DNA of 64,000 nucleotides from Gammaproteobacteria bacterium (GTDB lineage Bacteria; Pseudomonadota; Gammaproteobacteria; JAUIAT01): NCBI GenBank assembly GCA_030425295.1, contig JAUIAT010000006.1, positions 9,487 to 73,486 of the forward strand, read 5' to 3'. Shown piece by piece: positions 60,519 to 64,000 of this stretch (position 1 is its first letter; each line of letters starts with the position of its first letter). The notes under the pieces were generated by a model. It saw only the letters and a program-made list of their open reading frames with translations, ran no database searches and was not told where the DNA came from. The position numbers and the translations under genes were made by a program.

Positions 60519-60766
60519 CAAATTCAACAAACCGTTTACCGGCTTAGCATTAAAACTGTGGGCCCAGGTATGTTATTGCGGGGCGTCATAATGAAACGTG
60601 CCTATATACAAGAATGCAGTGCAGTGAAGCTTGACTCCTTTTAACTGGCGGCCAGGGCCTATCCTTTTCCAGATGATTTTATTAACTTCAAATAAGCCAA
60701 TAATTAGCCGATGAAGTTAATAGTCTAAACATCAATAGCAACCAAGCTTTGAGATAACGTTGTTTT

Positions 60767-61225
60767 TCAAAACAGCTCAGGATTTAACATCCAATATATT
60801 GACCAGCCATTTTCTGTCTTTTCAAGACAAGCCATACTACCTTGCTCAAAGCTGACTAACTTAGCGTCCTCATCCCTCATGACCAAGAGGCCTACAAGCC
60901 TTTGCATAAATGGCATATGACCAACTATCAAAGTATCATGATCTATTTGATCAACCATTAAAGCAATTGACTTGATATCATCCATTGGCTTAAGCCCTTC
61001 AATTTCTTCTATCTTTGCATTAGGACAAATCTCATCGGCTAAAATCTTTGCTGTTTGTTGCGCACGAAGCTTAACGCTATAAAAAATCTCTTTGATATTT
61101 AAATCAAGTTCTCCGAGAAACTCAGCCATTTCACCAATATCATCAACACCTAAAGGACTTAACGGTTGATTTGGATCTTCTTCTTTAGAAAGACATTCGC
61201 CATGCTGGCAAAGATATAGTTTCAT
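60767..61225 (-). CDS. sixA: Phosphohistidine phosphatase SixA-like (histidine phosphatase superfamily).
   Basis: Collinear with E. coli SixA (SVKLRAQQT vs SPFLRAEQT; IVGHMPFMQRLVGLL vs VISHLPLVGYLVAEL). The catalytic RHG is QHG here. Confidence 0.7.
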   Translation of the reverse strand: MKLYLCQHGECLSKEEDPNQPLSPLGVDDIGEMAEFLGELDLNIKEIFYSVKLRAQQTAKILADEICPNAKIEEIEGLKPMDDIKSIALMVDQIDHDTLIVGHMPFMQRLVGLLVMRDEDAKLVSFEQGSMACLEKTENGWSIYWMLNPELF

Positions 61226-61320
61226 TTATTTCTCGCTTTATTATTTGCTTGGGTATATACAAGTTTCGAGTTTTAAACAATCAACTTATGTGCTTTAACA
61301 GTACTAAAGAGATGAAAACA

Positions 61321-61472
61321 CTGTCATTCTGCGACTTGGTCTCGGAATCTATCTTCATGGATCCCGCGGTCAAGCCGCGGGATGACAGATTAGAGTTGCG
61401 GGACAACCGAATCTTAGCACACATTATCCATAACTAATTGATTTTCTAAAAATAAAACTCGAAACTCTGGTT
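61321..61472. repeat. Second full composite family A repeat: degenerate left hairpin, GGATCCCGCGGTCAAGCCGCGGGATGACA, a 21-bp unit, then the tail ...CTTAGCACACATTATCCATAACTAATTGATT...CTCGAAACTCTGGTT.
   Basis: Collinear with 50118-50290. Lies between the convergently transcribed sixA and gdh, just upstream of the sixA start (61225) and downstream of the gdh stop (61598). Confidence 0.8.
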
Positions 61473-61597
61473 GTTGTGATACAAATTAGCTGAATTCCAA
61501 AAAATCGTTACTCTGCTCTCATACATAACACAGAATCAACCATGTCATTTGGCATGAAACCCCCAATCATTTTGCTGGCATCTGCGCCAACTTTTAA

Positions 61598-62887
61598 TTA
61601 ACTTATTTCAGCAAAATAAGAATGAGTCCCCTGCGCATGAATCGCATCAGCCAAGCGATTAACGGCAAGGGCATAAGCTGCTGTACGCATATGAATGTTT
61701 TTTTCTTGCATAATGTTATAAACCTCATTAAAGGCACTGCGCATAATGTTATGCAGCTTAGATTGCACATCTTCAAGAGACCAGTAATAACCATTTTTAT
61801 TCTGAACCCACTCAAAATAACTTACAGTTACACCACCTGCATTAGCAAGAATATCAGGAATAACTAGAATATTATTTTTTTCTAGAATTGGGTCAGCGTC
61901 AGCTGTAATCGGACCATTTGCAGCCTCAACAATCACTTTAGCCTTAACGTTTTCAGCATTATCAGTAGTGATTACATTCTCTAAAGCTGCCGGAATTAGC
62001 ACATCAACATCTAGCTCAATCAACTCTTCATTGGTTATATGATCAGCTGGAATACCCTCACAAACTGTACCTTCGCAATAAACAGGCTGAACTTTACGAG
62101 TACTTTGTTTAGCATGAACTAAACTAGGGACATCAAATCCTTCTTTACGATAAATTGCACCTTGCGAGTCACTCACAGCAACAATTTTATAACCATCAGC
62201 ATGTAAAAGAGAGGCCACATGTTGCCCAGCATTACCAAATCCTTGAACTGCTACAGTGATCTCAGAAGGGTTCCAACCACGTTTTTTCTCTAATTCTTTG
62301 ATGCAATAGTAAGCCCCACGACCAGTAGCATCATCACGACCCAAGCTACCCCCCATAGAAATAGGCTTACCCGTAATAACGCCAGGATTGTAGGTACGAG
62401 TGATTTTGGAATACTCATCCATCATCCAACCCATGATCATAGCGTTAGTATAAACGTCAGGCGCAGGAATATCTTTCAATGGACCGATAAAATCAACAGC
62501 CTGCTCAATGAACCCGCGACTTAAGCGCTCAAGTTCTAAACGAGAAAGTGATTTAGGGTCAACAATAACACCGCCTTTACCACCGCCATAAGGAATACCT
62601 ACAACAGCACATTTCAAGCTCATCCAGAAAGCTAATGCCTTAACCTCACTAAGACTTACATCTGGGTGAAAACGGATACCACCTTTAGTTGGTCCACGGC
62701 TATCATTATGACGCACACGATAACCTTTAAAAATCTTTAAAGAACCATCGTCCATACGCACAGGAATAGACATTTCTAGAGCTGTTTGCGGATGACGCAG
62801 GCGCTCAATAGTTTCTGGTTCAGCATGAGAATGCTGGGCTGCACGATCAAGTTGCTTTAATGCATCTTGGTAGATATCTTTGGACAT
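61598..62887 (-). CDS. gdh: Glutamate dehydrogenase (Glu/Leu/Phe/Val dehydrogenase family, about 430 aa type).
   Basis: Substrate motif YGGGKGG, Rossmann GFGNAGQ. 429 aa. Confidence 0.9.
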   Translation of the reverse strand: MSKDIYQDALKQLDRAAQHSHAEPETIERLRHPQTALEMSIPVRMDDGSLKIFKGYRVRHNDSRGPTKGGIRFHPDVSLSEVKALAFWMSLKCAVVGIPYGGGKGGVIVDPKSLSRLELERLSRGFIEQAVDFIGPLKDIPAPDVYTNAMIMGWMMDEYSKITRTYNPGVITGKPISMGGSLGRDDATGRGAYYCIKELEKKRGWNPSEITVAVQGFGNAGQHVASLLHADGYKIVAVSDSQGAIYRKEGFDVPSLVHAKQSTRKVQPVYCEGTVCEGIPADHITNEELIELDVDVLIPAALENVITTDNAENVKAKVIVEAANGPITADADPILEKNNILVIPDILANAGGVTVSYFEWVQNKNGYYWSLEDVQSKLHNIMRSAFNEVYNIMQEKNIHMRTAAYALAVNRLADAIHAQGTHSYFAEIS

Positions 62888-63029
62888 GTAAACATGCTCC
62901 TATCTATGGTTATTAATTTGTCGAGAATATCAGATTTTATGCAGGAATCAACCCTGTATTAATCTATTTTTACTAGACAGCGTCCCTAAAGTTTTAACAG
63001 AAGCGAAAAAGTGAAGAATTGAGATAGAA

Positions 63030-63145
63030 ATGGCGTTTCATTTCGTTAAATAGAAAGACTATTCGCCAAATTAAAGAACAAATTTTCAATGCATTCTAGA
63101 TATTTTCGCCTTGCAACACCAATTGTCAACAGCCCCTAATGCCTA
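63030..63145 (-). promoter_or_regulatory. Promoter-leader module upstream of gdh (minus strand: GGGGCTGTTGACAATTGGTGTTGCAAGGCGAAAATATCTAGAATGC...). It overlaps the 3' end of the M23 peptidase gene.
   Basis: About 110 bp homologous to the sulP leader (52190-52295). The first 40 bp are shared with the glnII and yciO copies. Confidence 0.55.
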
Positions 63146-63803
63146 ATATCAAATTAGGATCAGGGCACATTTCAAAGAAAAGTCTGGCATCTTTCTCAGA
63201 TGTAACACCAGGAAAATTACCAGAATAATCTTGCATATCAGCAATTATTTGAAAGTGCACATGAGGCGGCCAAAAGCCATTTTCTTGCATATTGCCAACG
63301 GTTGCAAACTGCTCCCCTTTTGATATCAACTGCCCTTGCTCGATACTTTTAAGGCTTGTTTTTGAAAGATGGCCATACAAAGTAAAAAAAGTTACCCCCT
63401 CAAGCTCATGCTCTAATACTATTGTCGGGCCGTAATCACCAAATTGATCATTATCAGAAAAACTATTAATCTTTGAATCAAGGGGTGCAAAAACTGGAGT
63501 GCCCTCTTCAACCATCAAGTCAATTCCTAGATGAATAGTTCGAGGGTCCATTGATGCGGTAAATAGCTCACTACGCTTATAGATATTTGCTCGATCTTCG
63601 GCATATTTACCAATGGCAACGACAGCACTTGAATCATTCATTAATTTTTGCGTTTGAGCCCAAAGCTGATCTGGAGATTTGAGATCAACTTGCTGCCAGA
63701 TTGGGTCGTTCATATCGAGAATAATGGACGGGCCATGCTGTAGATCATTCGGAATTATTGGCGAAAAACTATTATTTTTTAATATATTTTCTAACCTTTC
63801 CAT
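63126..63803 (-). CDS. M23-family metallopeptidase.
   Basis: The HVHFQ HxH motif and the upstream H..D region are typical of LytM/M23. The ATG at 63803 has GAGGTG 7 nt upstream. Confidence 0.7.
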   Translation of the reverse strand: MERLENILKNNSFSPIIPNDLQHGPSIILDMNDPIWQQVDLKSPDQLWAQTQKLMNDSSAVVAIGKYAEDRANIYKRSELFTASMDPRTIHLGIDLMVEEGTPVFAPLDSKINSFSDNDQFGDYGPTIVLEHELEGVTFFTLYGHLSKTSLKSIEQGQLISKGEQFATVGNMQENGFWPPHVHFQIIADMQDYSGNFPGVTSEKDARLFFEMCPDPNLILGIRGC

Positions 63804-63828
63804 TTTGCACACCTCATTAATGAAAAAT

Positions 63829-63868
63829 GGATCCCGTGGTCAAGCCACGGGATGACATAATTAGAGCA
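63829..63868. repeat. Solo family A hairpin GGATCCCGTGGTCAAGCCACGGGATGACA with compensatory C>T / G>A changes that preserve the stem.
   Basis: The left arm CCCGTGG and right arm CCACGGG are exact reverse complements, whereas the consensus arms are CCCGCGG / CCGCGGG. Confidence 0.75.
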
Positions 63869-63879
63869 AGAGGTAACGT

Positions 63880-64000
63880 TTAGCTAGCAGCACTCACCAG
63901 CAAATCATTCAAACGCTTCACAAACTGCGCCGGATCTTTCAACTGACCACCTTCAGCTAAAAATGCCTGATCAAACATAACATTTGCCCAATCATTAAAC
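63880..64000 (-). CDS. 3' end of an unidentified minus-strand CDS that continues beyond the window (C-terminus ...[39 protein letters not shown]).
   Basis: Stop-free minus-strand frame from the window edge to a TAA at 63880-63882. Confidence 0.35.
   Translation of the reverse strand, partial: FNDWANVMFDQAFLAEGGQLKDPAQFVKRLNDLLVSAAS

Noticed and set aside
60540-60700. Locally GC-richer patch after the small peptide gene (GTGGGCCCAGG...GGCCAGGGCC), considered as a tRNA, 4.5S, tmRNA or sRNA gene.
   Set aside because: No cloverleaf, no GTTCGAATC-type T-arm, no SRP domain IV or tmRNA motifs. Only short imperfect complementarity. Unsupported.
61249-61437. 62-aa plus-strand ORF (MGIYKFRVLNNQ...).
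   Set aside because: It overlaps the family A repeat (61321-61472) and sits in the spacer between the sixA start and the gdh 3' end. It is most likely repeat-derived.

Overview
This 64-kb window looks like chromosome from an AT-rich gammaproteobacterium of the Legionellales type. That placement is an inference from gene content, from several secretion-substrate-like hypothetical proteins with acidic or serine-rich C-terminal tails, and from the lysine-rich, AT-biased accessory genes. I call about 58 protein-coding genes and find no rRNA, tRNA or CRISPR array. The housekeeping backbone is a eukaryote-type glutamine synthetase II, a MarC-family protein, an MscK-like channel, a POT peptide transporter, rdgC, a DUF805 protein, hutH with an APC permease, and a HAD hydrolase with an SLT lipoprotein. 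It continues with an acetoacetyl-CoA-synthetase-like gene, accA-mdh-cysQ-nudE, hemW, trmB, an AsmA-like gene, yggX and acnA. A complete nine-gene Rrf2-sufB-sufC-sufD-sufS-sufU-sufA-sufT operon follows, then nhaP, dnaQ, nnrD, pncC, mutS, a SulP permease, fadD, minC without minDE, yciO-scpA-scpB-rluB, yciB-bolA-fumC, sixA, an NAD-type gdh and an M23 peptidase. Interspersed are AT-rich hypothetical genes that look like translocated effectors. The most striking is a 926-aa protein with an NLS-like polylysine tract fused to a poly(A)-polymerase/CCA-type nucleotidyltransferase head domain. Others are a YopJ-family acetyltransferase/protease homologue with a D/E/S-rich tail, several proteins with bilobed glycine-zipper hydrophobic domains including a tandem paralogous pair, and a small peptide with a double-glycine-type leader. 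The non-coding space is unusually structured. One composite palindromic repeat family (hairpin core GGATCCCGCGGTCAAGCCGCGGGATGACA plus 21-bp tandem units) occurs at least six times. One copy is inserted in-frame into sufD, and compensatory mutations in other copies preserve the hairpin stem. A second, MITE-like family with 25-bp terminal inverted repeats sits in the sufB-sufC spacer and in the 3' flank of the gene at 747-2381 (coordinates 2382-2526). A third conserved 40-110-bp promoter-leader module (GGGCTGTTGACAATTGGTGTTGCAA...) lies upstream of glnII, gdh, sulP and the yciO operon. A T8 homopolymer tract splits an effector-like ORF at the window start. Every functional call rests on motif recognition by eye, since no database search was possible.
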